NCBI GenBank assembly: GCA_951406725.2
Contig: OX597830.1
Location: 68,634,001-68,698,000, forward strand
Source: Octopus vulgaris
Taxonomy: Eukaryota
Direction: 5' to 3'
DNA length: 64,000 nucleotides
Position 1 is the stretch's first letter, and every line of letters starts with the position of its first letter. The notes under the pieces were generated by a model, which was given only the letters and a program-made list of their open reading frames with translations, had not been told where the DNA came from and searched no databases. Positions 13,291 through 25,879 of the stretch are shown piece after piece. The translations under genes were made by a program, and so were the position numbers.

Positions 13291-13508
13291 TACACGGAAG
13301 ATGGACTATTCATGAATGGAACATTTATGATCATTTGAATCCTCAATCAGGACTGACCTGGGAGTAAATAACAAAAAAAAAACAAAACAAGTTATCAATG
13401 TTCCAAACTATTTTGTTTTAAGTTTCTGATTCATTTAAAGGTTTTCATTAAAAATTGCACCCACAGCTTTTAATAAAATCCTTTCAAAGTAATATGTTTT
13501 CTTTACAG

Positions 13509-13725
13509 AATTAACCAATTAACTTTGAAGGTAGAAGAAAAGTTTAGCAAATTATGTTCACAAATTGACCAGTTAACGTTGAAGGAAGAAGAGTTACAAC
13601 AGCAACTAAACAATTCTCAGGATGAAAATTCACAGAATATTGAAGAAAAGTTTAGCAAATTATGTTCACAAAATGACCAGTTAACATTGAAGGTAAAAGA
13701 ATTACAACACAATGATGATGAAAAG
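13509..13725 (+). CDS. TRPM: TRPM exon: C-terminal coiled coil, internally duplicated
   Basis: tttacag| phase 2 (TT|A = Leu); INQLTLKVEEKFSKLCSQIDQLTLKEEELQQQLNNSQDENSQNIEEKFSKLCSQNDQLTLKVKELQHNDDEK; phase-0 donor gtttgt. Confidence 0.82.
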
Positions 13726-14053
13726 GTTTGTAATTTATTACTTTTAATTTATTTTCCAGTTTTAGCATAAAAACTTCTGTAAAATTTTATTGCCATTCTT
13801 TAGTAAATATTTCCTGTTTAAAGTTATATATTTATATTTTGTCTTTTATCTATTATTTGTTTTAGTCCTTAGACTGAAACCATTTTGAGGCACCATCTTG
13901 AAAAACCTCAGTTGAGCTAATCGACTCCAGAACTTTCTTTTTTTAAATTTGGTTCTTATTCTATTGGTCTATTTTCTGAACCACTAAGTTGTGGGGACAT
14001 GAACACACCAACACTGGTTCTCTAGTGGTGATGGAAGACATACACAGGCACAA

Positions 14054-14086
<33 letters not shown>

Positions 14087-14109
14087 TATGTATGTATATT
14101 CATATATAT

Positions 14110-15237
14110 ATCACCATCATCATCATCATTTAACGTCTGTTGTCCATGGGTCGGATGGTTTGACTGGGCTGGCATGCTAGAAGGCTGATTTGGCATGATT
14201 TCTACAGCAGGATGCCCTTCCTAACACCAACTACACCAAGAGTGTAATGGGAGCTTTTATGTGCCACCAGCATGGGTGCCATTTGCATGACAATGGTATT
14301 TACCATGACTGTGATTTTGCTTGGGTTGATGGATCTTCTTCTCATACATGACATAATGCCAAAGGTCTTAGTCATTGCCTCTGTGAGGCCAAATACTTGA
14401 AAGTAACACAGCCACTTTGCCTCTGTGAAGCTCAACACCCGAAAGGAACTCCCCTCCATGAGGTCCAACACTTGAAAGGTGCTCTTTACATGCCACCAGC
14501 ACAAGTGCCTGTTACATGACTCTAGCATCAGTCATGACTTTGAACTCACTTGGCTTGATGGGTCTTGTCAAGCACAGCATAATCGCCAAAGGTCTCAGCC
14601 AGTGGTCATTGCCTCTGTGAGGCTCAAAGTTCGAAATTCATGTTTTGCCACCTCGTCCCATGTCTTCCTGGATCTACTTCTACCACAGGTTCCCTCCATA
14701 GTTAGAGATCAGCACATAGTGCTGATCTCTGAGGGTTTTTGTATTCAAGAGCAACCATGCATCATACTGTCTGGTGAGAATGAAATCGATCTGGCTAGTA
14801 AAATCATCTGATTGATAGGTGATCAGGTGGTTGGCTGGCTTCCTGAAGTTGGTGTTGCAGATCAGTAAGTCATTTGCATCATAGTACTCTAATAGCCTTG
14901 TTCCCTCTTCATTTTGGACATCAGTTGCACAGCATAGAAGATAATAGGGTGCCATTTGACATGCCCATTGAAATCCCCAACCATGAAGACAAAACCATAG
15001 TCCCTCATCTTTAAAGTAGCCTGCAGAAAAATGTAGTAAAAGTGGTCCTTCTGTTCATTTGGCAGGCCTGCTTGTGGGGCATAGACAGAGATAATTGTAG
15101 CTATGCTATTCTGTAAGACTTGCCTGAGCTTAAGTATTCTATCGCACACTCAGACTACCTCTATGACCTTATCCACCCATTTCTCTGCAAGAAATATTCC
15201 CACACCATCTACTCCATCACTGTTACCTTCTCAGAAA

Positions 15238-15238
<1 letters not shown>
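14110..15238 (-). mobile_element. Internally deleted RTE-clade LINE (AP endonuclease fragment and 3' end)
   Basis: ISVYAPQAG, GDFNGHV, CNTNFRK, SQIDFIL; (CAT)n tail at ~14115. Confidence 0.85.
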
Positions 15239-15277
<39 letters not shown>

Positions 15278-15278
<1 letters not shown>

Positions 15279-15430
15279 ATGGGTTTCTTTCAGCTTCTGT
15301 CGACCAAATCTACTTGCAAGATTTTGATCAATCCAAGGCTATAGTAGAAAATACTTGCCCAAGGTGCCACACAGTGGGACTGAACCCAGAACGATGTGGT
15401 TGGGAAGCAAGCTTCTTACCACGGTGCCAT
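15278..15430 (-). mobile_element. SINE family B, 5' (tRNA-like) half
   Basis: Reverse complement of 3750-3905. Confidence 0.8.
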
Positions 15431-15757
15431 TCATATTATTTAATCTCATACTCTACCATTTGAGGCAGATTGTTGTTTTATCTTGTACCAAATACATTAA
15501 TAAATAAGTTTTACTGGTTTTTGATATTTACTTCAAATTTGGGACATCTCCCCCACCCCCCACCATCACCACAACTGCCAATCACAAACTGAAAGGAAGT
15601 ACAATGCCCAGCAGCAAGTCAAAAATATTTCAGGATTTCATACTTTTGATGAAAATTTATTTGTAACTGAAGGTAATTAAGATAAAAAAGAAAAGACAAA
15701 TATGACAGCTTGTATATATTAAATACAAAATAACAAACAATTGTTCTTTATTTTCAG

Positions 15758-15820
15758 ATGAAAAATATTGATACATCTCTAGCATGGATAAAAGAGAATC
15801 TCATGGAAACAAAGCGATAA
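15758..15820 (+). CDS. TRPM: TRPM terminal coding exon
   Basis: ttttcag| phase 0; MKNIDTSLAWIKENLMETKR*; AATAAA downstream at ~15998 and ~16348. Confidence 0.78.
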   Translation: MKNIDTSLAWIKENLMETKR

Positions 15821-16603
15821 GGAGATTGTTCCTGGAGAAGACTTACCTGAATCTGATAAAACATTTTCTTCCTAAATTAGTGATAATTCCCTCGACTACA
15901 TACAACCATATAACCATATAATTAACATTTATTACACTTAAAGTATCAGCTAGTTGATAATAATAACAAACCATTGTGACATACAAATGAATTCTAAAAT
16001 AAAAACTTTAAGGTATAAACCAAATATTTTGGTCCTATAAATTATCCAGAATTTTAACATAATATATTAACATAAATTTGCTTAGAATCTGGTAAATGCA
16101 AGAATCTGAAGTACAAAATATAAAGATAACACTTTCGTATTAGGAACAGAGTCTAACCAAATTATTAAGAATTCCCTCTATCTACTGTATGCAACCATAT
16201 AACTATATAATTAACATTTACTACTCTTAAAGTCTCAATTACTTACTAAATCATAATAAACCATAGGCAATGGCAACACTAACCTCAGGAATGGATGTTG
16301 TTGTTGTTGTTAATGGTTTTGGGACAGAAATAATCTGACAAAATAAGAATAAATTCTAAAATTGTGCCAACCCAACCAATGTTTTAATGTAATGTATTAA
16401 ATGTATTTTACTAACAGTCAAGTAAATGTAAGAACTTGAAGTATGAAATAGAGATATGATACTTCCAAATTAGTGTTGGAGAATAGGAATTACTGAATTT
16501 AAATCGACCAGTGGATGAACTGCTGCAAAGGGAAATGACAGGAACATCACAATATATAACAGATAACAGATATTTCACTCTATGTTTGTTACAGGTTCTA
16601 AAA

Positions 16604-17990
16604 TGTTAACAATATTCAGAATTCTTAATTTACTTTTATTCTCCTGAAATATTAACAACATTCAGAATTCTTAATTTACTTTTATTCTCCTGAAATATTA
16701 ACAACATTCAGAATTCTTAATTTACTTTTATTCTCCTGAAATATTAACAACATTCAGAATTCTTAATTTACTTTTAATCTCCTGAAATATTAACAACATT
16801 CACAATTCTTAATTTACTTTTAATCTTCTGAAATATTAACAACATTCAGAATTCTTAATTTACTTTTATTCTTCTGAAATATTAACAACATTCAGAATTC
16901 TTAATTTACTTTTATTCTTCTGAAATATTAACAACATTCAGAATTCTTAATTTACTTTTATTCTTCTGAAATATTAACAACATTCAGAATTCTTAATTTA
17001 CTTTTATTCTTCTGAAATATTAACAACATTCAGAATTCTTAATTTACTTTTATTCTTCTGAAATATTAACAACATTCAGAATTCTTAATTTACTTTTATT
17101 CTTCTGAAATATTAACAACATTCAGAATTCTTAATTTACTTTTATTCTTCTGAAATATTAACAACATTCAGAATTCTTAATTTACTTTTATTCTTCTGAA
17201 ATATTAACAACATTCAGAATTCTTAATTTACTTTTATTCTTCTGAAATATTAACAACATTCAGAATTCTTAATTTACTTTTATTCTTCTGAAATATTAAC
17301 AACATTCAGAATTCTTAATTTACTTTTATTCTTCTGAAATATTAACAACATTCAGAATTCTTAATTTACTTTTATTCTTCTGAAATATTAACAACATTCA
17401 GAATTCTTAATTTACTTTTATTCTTCTGAAATATTAACAACATTCAGAATTCTTAATTTACTTTTATTCTTCTGAAATATTAACAACATTCAGAATTCTT
17501 AATTTACTTTTATTCTTCTGAAATATTAACAACATTCAGAATTCTTAATTTACTTTTATTCTTCTGAAATATTAACAACATTCAGAATTCTTAATTTACT
17601 TTTATTCTTCTGAAATATTAACAACATTCAGAATTCTTAATTTACTTTTATTCTTCTGAAATATTAACAACATTCAGAATTCTTAATTTACTTTTATTCT
17701 TCTGAAATATTAACAACATTCAGAATTCTTAATTTACTTTTATTCTTCTGAAATATTAACAACATTCAGAATTCTTAATTTACTTTTATTCTTCTGAAAT
17801 ATTAACAACATTCAGAATTCTTAATTTACTTTTATTCTTCTGAAATATTAACATTCACATTTTTATTCTCAGAATTCTTAATTTACTTTTATTCTTCTGA
17901 AATATTAACAACATTCAGAATTCTTAATTTACTTTTATTCTTCTGAAATATTAACAACATTCAGAATTCTTAATTTACTTTTATTCTATT
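16604..17990. repeat. Minisatellite, 46-bp unit, about 30 copies
   Basis: Unit gaaatattaacaacattcagaattcttaatttacttttattcttct (starts at 16922 and 16968 give period 46); one EcoRI site per unit. Confidence 0.98.
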
Positions 17991-18676
17991 AGCAATATTC
18001 AGAAAACTTTTCATTTTTATTGCCCCAAAATATTAACAATTTTCAAAAAACTTGTTACTTTTATACTTCTAAAATATCAAATAATATTCAGAAATCTAAC
18101 TTTATGTTTATTATTCTAATTAACTTCAATGGAATAAAAATTTTAATAAAAATATCAATACTTCTATTTGTTTATTTTTCTGCATGCAAACCTATACACA
18201 ACTACACACACACACACATACACACATACAAAGCACACACACCCACACATCCTTACACATTGTCCAGTCTTTCCTTTCCCTACTTTCCGTGATGCATACA
18301 ACATTTGGCATCCCCCACCCTTATCCCCCATTTGCTACATCTACCCTTCAGCTGTGCCCAGTCTTCACAATTGTCACCTACTTCCTCTTGATGATTCCTT
18401 GACTGTAATTCTCCATTGCACCCTTGAAATCCTCTCCCACCCACAGTCCTTGTTCTTCTCTTTTAGTCACCTTGAGGGTCCACCTAAACACCTCATCACT
18501 ACCATTTTCATCTCATTCCACCTCCCCACCTTCTCTTATAAAATAAGTAAACATGTAGCTCATCTAGTATTTTCTGCTGTGGCCCTTTCTCTCAGCATTT
18601 AACCCCTCATATCCGAATGTAAACCACACTCTCTTGGGTTCATTGTCTTGCAAGTTGCATTGTGTCATAGATATGA

Positions 18677-19080
18677 AGGCAGCGAGCTGGCAGAGACGTT
18701 AGTATGCCGGGCGAAATGCGTAGCCTTATTTCGTCTGCCGCTACGTTCTGAGTTCAAATTCTGCCGAGGTCGACTTTGGCTTTCATCCTTTCGGGGTCAA
18801 TTAAATAAGTTCCGGTTACGTACTGGGGTCGATATAATCGACTTAATCCGTTTGTCTGTCCTAGTTTGTCCTCTCTGGGTTCAGCCCCTTGTGGGTAGTA
18901 AAGAAATAGTATTTCGTCTGCGTTCAAATTCCGCCGAGGTCGACTTTGCCTTTCATCCTTTCGGGGTCAATTAAATAAGTTCCGGTTACGCACTGGGGTC
19001 GATGTAATCAACTTAATCCGTTTGTCTGTCCTTGTTTGTCCTCTCTGGGTTTAGCCCCTTGTGGGTAGTAAAGAAATATG
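18677..19080 (+). mobile_element. SINE family A plus a tandem 5'-truncated second copy
   Basis: 18677-18908 is followed directly by a near-identical repeat of its 3' ~170 bp. Confidence 0.88.
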
Positions 19081-20704
19081 GGCACAGTCATGCCTTTGGT
19101 TGTCAGGATGAAAGTAGAAAAAGTGTGACGTCATTTTGACGTCACACTTTTTCTCGTCCATCTTCGTTTCTTTCCGTATAATTTATTAAATTAAAAAACG
19201 CAAAATCAAAAACGCGTGTAAATATATCAAATTAATAAGCGCAAATTATTTAGAATGTAAAAATATTATTTTCAACGGAGAGATTATCAAAATATAAACT
19301 TGAAGTTAAGTTTAAAAATAAATGTGATACTTATTCTGTTTTGATACTTATACTCTCTATATCTCAAACACATGGATATAGCTGTCGAATTTGCTCCATC
19401 AACTTTCCGAATATATCGTCCTTAAATTCATAGCGCCACATGAATTCGATGAGATGGGTCTGAAGTAAATTTCGGGCTGTTCCATTTATCTTCTGTTACG
19501 ATTCTTCACATGTTTCCATAAACATTCTATGTGATTGGTTGTGGCAAATGTTACCGGATCAACAAAATTTATTGAATGATTCACGGTCAAATGTCTGTAT
19601 CCTAGCTGATTGAGCGTATTATACGAACGCGAAAGGTCGGAAATTATGGTTGTACCAGGCAATATACGGTCTTGTATAATTTGTAAAAGGGTGTCCGCTG
19701 TCCGATCTTCCACTGCCACTAATAAACATCTTCTGGTATCTCTTTCTAAAGCACCAAACACCCACTGCGTTTTAACCCGATGGACAACATTATATTTTCT
19801 TCTAACAAACGCGCTTTCGTCTATCTCTACAATTCGGTTCGGTCCTCCGAGCTTAATGTTCTGTGCAACATAATATTCTGCACATATATCACGGCAAAAA
19901 TTCCTCCAATCTGTCACGGCTACATTTGCTAAATGACATTCCTGTCCTATTCCCTTTGCTAAATCTTCTTTGGCCCAGTAATACAATATATCTATGATTT
20001 GTTGACGCTTCAATTTACTATTTTCTAAAAATGTTCCTTTTCTAATTGAAACGGTTTTTCGACAAGGCCTTCTACACGACCATATTACTTCATCCGATAT
20101 ACTTTTTTTCGCTATTTCACTCATGGTACCTCCACACGATATACATATTTTCTGGGTATTCAAAAGGCCATGTCTCTTAAGCCAATTAATGCTATCTGCT
20201 GTTGTAGCCGTGGCGATGGCAATATCGCGGTGACTAATTCCTCTTAGACTTGGATATGCTAAAGCCATATTGAAAATTTTTTCGCACGTGTTGATATCAC
20301 ACTGAAAGACTTTCAAACTGAAATTTCAAACTTTGAATTACGCACGTGGTGGTCAGTGGTCATTCTGATTGGTGTATGTGATCGCGGTAATGGTCATGGG
20401 GGGTTCATTTGTGCAGATTTGGTGTGATTTCTTTTTTAAAAACAATAATGAATAATGCAAGAACATATTTATTTATAAAGTTTAAACAGAACATGGAATG
20501 AAATGTATTTATTTATAAACTTAACTTCAAGCTTCAATTGTTTATAAACCTAGCGTGGTGGTACGTAAATAAACGGCGTAAATTAAAGTGTGGTGGTACG
20601 TAAATAAACGAAAGTTTAAACATGACGACGTAAATACACGAAGTTGACGTCTGACGTCAGATATTTCTACTTTCACTTCTGACAACCAAAGGCATGACTG
20701 TGCC
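19081..20704 (-). mobile_element. Merlin (IS1016/IS1595-related) DNA transposon, full length
   Basis: ~40-bp TIRs ggcacagtcatgcctttggttgtcag..tgaaagtagaaa; 8-bp TSD gaaatatg / gaaagatg. Confidence 0.93.
19364..20268 (-). pseudogene. Merlin / ISXO2-like DDE transposase with one frameshift near 19487
   Basis: Zn ribbon CISC..WSCRRPC; VEIDES, IISD, TNHIE; the frame shifts into NGTARNLLQTHLIEFMWRY...YPCV*. Confidence 0.9.
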
Positions 20705-20832
20705 GAAAGATGCACTGTATCATAACTAGTGCTAGTGGTACAGAAATGCACCCAGTATGTGCAGTAACATGGTTGGCATTACGAAGGACATAAAACAACC
20801 TGCCAAGATAAACACTGGAGTTGAATTGTAAT

Positions 20833-21385
20833 ACAGTAATATCTCACTTTACGAAGACACGCGTTATGAGACTCCAGGTTTACGAGCTGAATTTTTCAAG
20901 TACAAGATCCAAATTATGAATGAAGTGCAGAAGTTTCTACTACCATAACAAACACTTCTGTGTGTTACCAATAAATTTTTTGAGAGCGAATAAAAGCTTC
21001 TTTTAAATAAACAACTCTGGACTTGTTTTTAAAAGGAACTCTACAAGTCCGTCTATGAGTGCTTGTGAATCAGCGATCGCGTCTACAAGTGATGGTGTGT
21101 GTAAATCTAATGTGAGTGAAAGTAATTCAGAATACGATTATAATATATTTTTTATTATAAATGATCTTGACTTTTGTTTTTACATAAAAAATCCTTTACA
21201 TTCTACAGTAGCTTTAGTGCCATTTAGTTACGAGTATTGTAAATTTTATGGGTAAAGTATTTTTCTGGGAATGAATTATGTTTTATAATATTGCTACTAT
21301 GGGAAATTATTGCTCTGCTTTACAAGTTTTCACTTTACGAGCAGTCTCCAGGAACAAATTAACTTGAATATCGAGGCATTATTAT
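20833..21385. mobile_element. Possible degenerate pogo/Tigger-like non-autonomous element
   Basis: ta|cagtaatatctcactttacga start, repeated 'tttacgag' motifs and a weakly complementary right end. Confidence 0.35.
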
Positions 21386-21547
21386 ATATGTGTGTGTCTG
21401 TGTGTATGTGCGTGTGTGTACACTGTATCCTTACTTGTGGATATATGATTTTAACAAAGTAGGAGTAAGCGATGTATTTAGAGACGTAGCTTCCGACTAC
21501 CAACACGTGAGACTCCAATGACTTCTTTTTCTTCAACGAGACACTCT

Positions 21548-21862
21548 TTATAAGAATTTGATGAGTCCACCTTTAAATCCCAGAGGGGTGTTAATGTCTA
21601 ACACCACAACATGTCTGTGTGTGTGTGTGTGTTTTTCAGAGTAGTCAGACTTGTTCATCACTACTGTAGCATTTCCTTTGTCCGCTGGAAGTATTATGAT
21701 AGAATTGTCACTCTGTAGTCTTTTCATAGTGAACTTTTCTTCTTTACTGATGTTTGGTTCAGGAAGTTTTGCTTTTTCAAGTACCTGTTTTGCTTTCCAC
21801 CTTAGTTCATCTCCCTGAGCTTTTGGTATCTTTCTGGCTTCAATAGGGGCTATTATGTTCAA
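21548..21862 (-). mobile_element. Penelope-like element RT N-terminal fragment
   Basis: NISKEEK..L..DNSIIILPADKGNATVVMNKSDY, the PLE 'DKG' motif. Confidence 0.85.
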
Positions 21863-22480
21863 GTATGCAATATGCTTGATGGTTGCCGCAAAGCAAGTGG
21901 TGTTGGTGGTGCTAGTGATGCTAGTGGTGCTACTGGTGCTGGTGGTGATTGTGGTGTCGGGGACGCTGGTGATGCTGGTGGTGTTGGTGTTGGTGGTGCT
22001 AATGGTGCTGGTGGGGCTACTGTTTAGATGGATAGGATTTTTCTAATGATGTTAGCAGTACTTGTCAGCACAATCTTTTGGATTTCTCTGAGGCATGGTT
22101 CTTCTGGGATCTTATCTAGATGTTTCTGACATCCCTTTTTTATCAACAGGTTCAGATGATCAGAGGCTAGTTGAGAAAGAGGCATAGAACACTGCATCTT
22201 AATACCAATATCAATAAATTCTAGCTTAACTATCTTTGAAACAGATAGTCAATGTCCGGCTTCATGGAAGAGGAGGCCAGGAGTATCTGGAAAGTAGGAT
22301 GCTGTTCTGGCTACGGAGAAGACGGCCGCTGACTGGCTCTGTTAAATTTGCCGTCGATTCAATAAATCCCAGCAGGTCACGAGAAATGTGCCGCTGGACG
22401 CACCTACTAGAAATCAAGACAAGACGCCGAAGGCCACGCAGAAATTGCTCGTGAGCAAAACGTTGCTCACGCCTGATCTA

Positions 22481-23790
22481 TTGGGTTGGCAACTAAGTTC
22501 CCGCCGTTTTTTTAATTATTATTATTATTTTAGAATTTATTGCGTTTTTAAATTTTGGAATCTATTTTTTTCGAGAATTCTATTTTTGAATCATTTTGGA
22601 ATCTATTTTGTTTGTTTGTTTTTTGTTTTGTTTTTCTACTTAATTTTAGTTAATTTTTGTTTATTTTCAGATCAATAAAATGGAATGTCAAGTTAAGACA
22701 AGTTAAGAAAAACGAGCATTTTCGACACCACCTTTTGCTTTTAATTAAGGTTCTAAGATCGCAAAAGCCGCTCGCGACATTTGTGCTGTGTGTAGAGAGG
22801 GTGCCATAGTTGAAAGAATCGCTCGTGATTGGTATGCCAAGTTCAAAAATGGAAATTTTGATCTCAAAGACGCACCTCGTTCTGGCCGTCCAGTTGAGTT
22901 CGATGAAGAGCGATTAAACCAACTTTTGCACGAAAATTCTCGTCAAACGACATGGTAGTGCTCCCACATTGTAATAGAGAAGCATCTTCACTCGATGGGA
23001 AAGGTTCAGAAGTATGGAGCATGGATTCTGCATGCTTTAAGTGACAACAACAAAAGTCAACGACTCACAATCTCCGCTAGTTTGCTTGCTCGTCACCGTT
23101 CAACTCATGGACACAAGCAACGATTTCTTTACCGAATCGTTACTGGCGACGAAAAATGGTGCCTGTACATCAATATGAAGCAGTGTAAAGAATGGCTTAG
23201 ACCAGGTAAACAAGCGACACCGCGCGTGAAACAAGATCTTCATCCGCGTTAAACGATGTTGTGCTTATGGTGGGACTGGGAACTGATTATCCATTACGAA
23301 TTGCTTGATCGGAACCAAACGGTCAACGTGGATCTCTATGTTCAACAGATGGAACTACCTCAACACGGCTATTCAAGAGAAAAGACCTAATCGGCAGCAT
23401 GGAGTTTTTCTGCTGCACGAAAACGCCCGCCCTCATATCGCCAATATGACCAAGGAAGCCATTCAAGCACATGGCTGGAAAGTTCTGCCACACCCGCTGT
23501 ACTCTCCTGATTTGGCACCAACGGATTTCCACCTCTTTCAATCTCTTTCAAATGCTATGCGCGGAGTTTTGTTCAATACTGATGCAGAATTGAGAGTTTG
23601 GTTGGATCATTTTTCGAGTCGAAATCGGGTGATTTCTACCAACGAGGTATTGAAAATTTTGTTGAACGTTGGGAAGAAGTTGTAAACAACAAGGGTGAAT
23701 ACATTATTAATTAATTAGTTGTTAATTTTTATTAAACCTTTTAAAAAATTTAAATTTAAAAAACCGGTGGCAACTTAGTTGCCAACCCAA
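22481..23790 (+). mobile_element. Full-length mariner (DD34D) with disrupted transposase
   Basis: TIR ttgggttggcaactaagtt, TA TSD both sides, 1310 bp; WILHAL, IVTGDEKW, LHENARPH, YSPDLAPTDFHLF. Confidence 0.95.
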
Positions 23791-23904
23791 TACATAAATA
23801 CAGACAGACAGACAGAAAGATAGAGAGACAGAAAAACACATCCATCCATCCATCCATGCATACATACATACATGCACACATACATTCTCACACATGCATA
23901 CATA

Positions 23905-24070
23905 TGTTATATTTGTTTCTAACACTGGACTGCGGCCATGGTGGAGCACCACCTTGAAGGGTATGGTCGAACAAATAAATCCCGGGACTTCCTTTTTAAG
24001 CCCGGTACTTATACTATCGGCCCCTTGGCTGAACTGCTAAGTTAGGGTACGTAAACAAACCAGCACCGGG
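23905..24070 (-). mobile_element. SINE family B, 3' half
   Basis: Reverse complement of the 3990-4150 tail. Confidence 0.65.
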
Positions 24071-24269
24071 TGACAAACGCAAGCATACGCACATAGTTAT
24101 TGAATACATACATATACACACATATATAAACTCATACACACACGCACGCACACACACACACACACACGCACATACACACGCACATACACATATACATATA
24201 AGAATGAGTAGGTAAACGAAGGAAAAGTGCACTCAACACATTTGGTGTGATATTATTATTTAAAACGGG

Positions 24270-24478
24270 AAGGCGGCGAGCTGGCAGAAACGTTAGTACG
24301 CCGGGCTTGACAGTATTTCGTCTGTCTTTACGTTCTGAGTTCAAATTCCGCCGAGGTCGACTTTGCCTTTCATCCTTTCGGGCCAATAAATTAAGTACCA
24401 GTTGCGTACTGTGGTCTATCTAATCGACTGGCACTATCCCCCAAAATTTCGGGCCTTGTTCCTAGAGTAGAAAATATT
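24270..24478 (+). mobile_element. SINE family A
   Basis: aaggcggcgagctggcagaaacgttag..gagttcaaattccgccgaggtcgactttgcctttcatcc. Confidence 0.88.
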
Positions 24479-24484
24479 ATTATT

Positions 24485-25735
24485 CTAACGCTGGAGATGT
24501 ATTACGGTGTCAGCTGATCACTACCAGTGAACTAAAGTAACACCCCTTATTTTTCGAGCACCATCAGGAGTATTCGAGCGGCTCCAAGCAGTGCTGTTTT
24601 CTGCAAGTACTCCACCCTTATTGCAGCCCCTATTTGTTCCATTTACTTCTCAAGACAAGGACTCCGACAATTATTGGTACTACTACCACCTTTTTCAGCG
24701 ACCACAACTGCTTAACATCTGAAGTTAACTTGTTATATCTATCGACTTTTCTTTCTTCCTTATCGAATACCTTGTTGTCAGCAGGGTATGCTATATTTAT
24801 GATCCAGCATCGTTTGCTTTCTTTCTCAGTTAACACTATATTTGGTTGCCTATTCTCTATCTCATGATTGCACTGAATCTTAAAGTCCCATAGAATCTTT
24901 GCATTATCATTTCCGATGAGGCCTTCGGGTTTATGTTCGTACTACTTGTTTTTGCTCTGTCAAGTCCATACGTGTTGCAAAGTGTCCAATGGACAGTCCT
25001 TACTATATTGTCATGACGTCTATTATATTCTTTCTGGGCTAGTGGTGTACATTTACTGGTAATATGCTATACGGTTTCACTATTTTGTCCACAAATTCTA
25101 CACTTATCACTTCCTGTATTTGAAATAATTGGTCCTTGACGCTTGCTCTTGGGCAGCACAGATTAAAGCCTCCGTTTCCGTTTTCAAATCACTTTTAGTC
25201 ATCCATAACCATCTTTTTTCTCTCCGTGTCTTATCTTCAACATCCCAATGAAATTGTCCATGCATTCTTTTCTTTATCCATCTATTTCCAGTTTCATTCA
25301 TTCTCAAATCCTTCTACAGTGCTTTATCTTTGCAATCTTCCATCCTACGCAAGCCTGAGCTTCTTGCTTCCAGTAATAGCGGTTCTGTGACATTTTTTAC
25401 ATTCCATGCTATGTTGTTTTCTTCTGCTCTAATGCTGTGTTCGCACCCAATCAGTCCTCTTCCCTCTCTTTTTCTTGGTACATACAGTCTGTTCCATATC
25501 TAGTCAGCAACTTCCTTGTCTTTCTGTCTAAGCTGTTTAATTCGTCTACTGTCCATACGATTACCCCTGCTCCCATATCTAAAGAGTTAAACCACCCAGG
25601 TGTTGATGGCTTCAATCTTATTCCGTCCGTTTAATTTCGACTTAAGGATCAATCTTAGTCTGCACAAGTACTCTACCTTAAATTTTTCCGTCATTTCTTT
25701 CTCCATCAATTTATCCATTTCCAATATCCAATATC
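24485..25735 (-). mobile_element. 5'-truncated R4/Dong-type RLE LINE, same family as 5728-6912
   Basis: LKSKLNGRNKIEAINTW, MHGQFH, ETEALICAAQEQ and the RLE C-terminus. Confidence 0.9.
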
Positions 25736-25739
25736 CCTT

Positions 25740-25872
25740 TCTTCCGCCGAGGTCGGCTTTGCCTTCCATCCTTTCGGGGTCGATAAATCACCACTTGCGT
25801 ACTGGGGTCGATGTAATCGACTCGATCCCTTCCCCTAAATTTGAGTCCTTGTGCTTCCAGTAGAAAGGATTA
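25740..25872 (+). mobile_element. SINE family A, 3' part
   Basis: ccgccgaggtcggctttgccttccatcctttcggggtcgataaa. Confidence 0.75.
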
Positions 25873-25879
25873 TTATTAT

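Noticed and set aside
16604-17990. CRISPR-like array
   Set aside because: Units are contiguous and identical with no unique spacers, there are no cas genes, and the context is eukaryotic.
19486-20316. Bacterial IS1595 contamination or recent bacterial transfer
   Set aside because: It is integrated with a TSD between host SINE sequences and fits the eukaryotic Merlin superfamily.
21855-22046. Hydrophobic membrane-peptide ORF
   Set aside because: Degenerate (GGT/GCT)n trinucleotide repeat.
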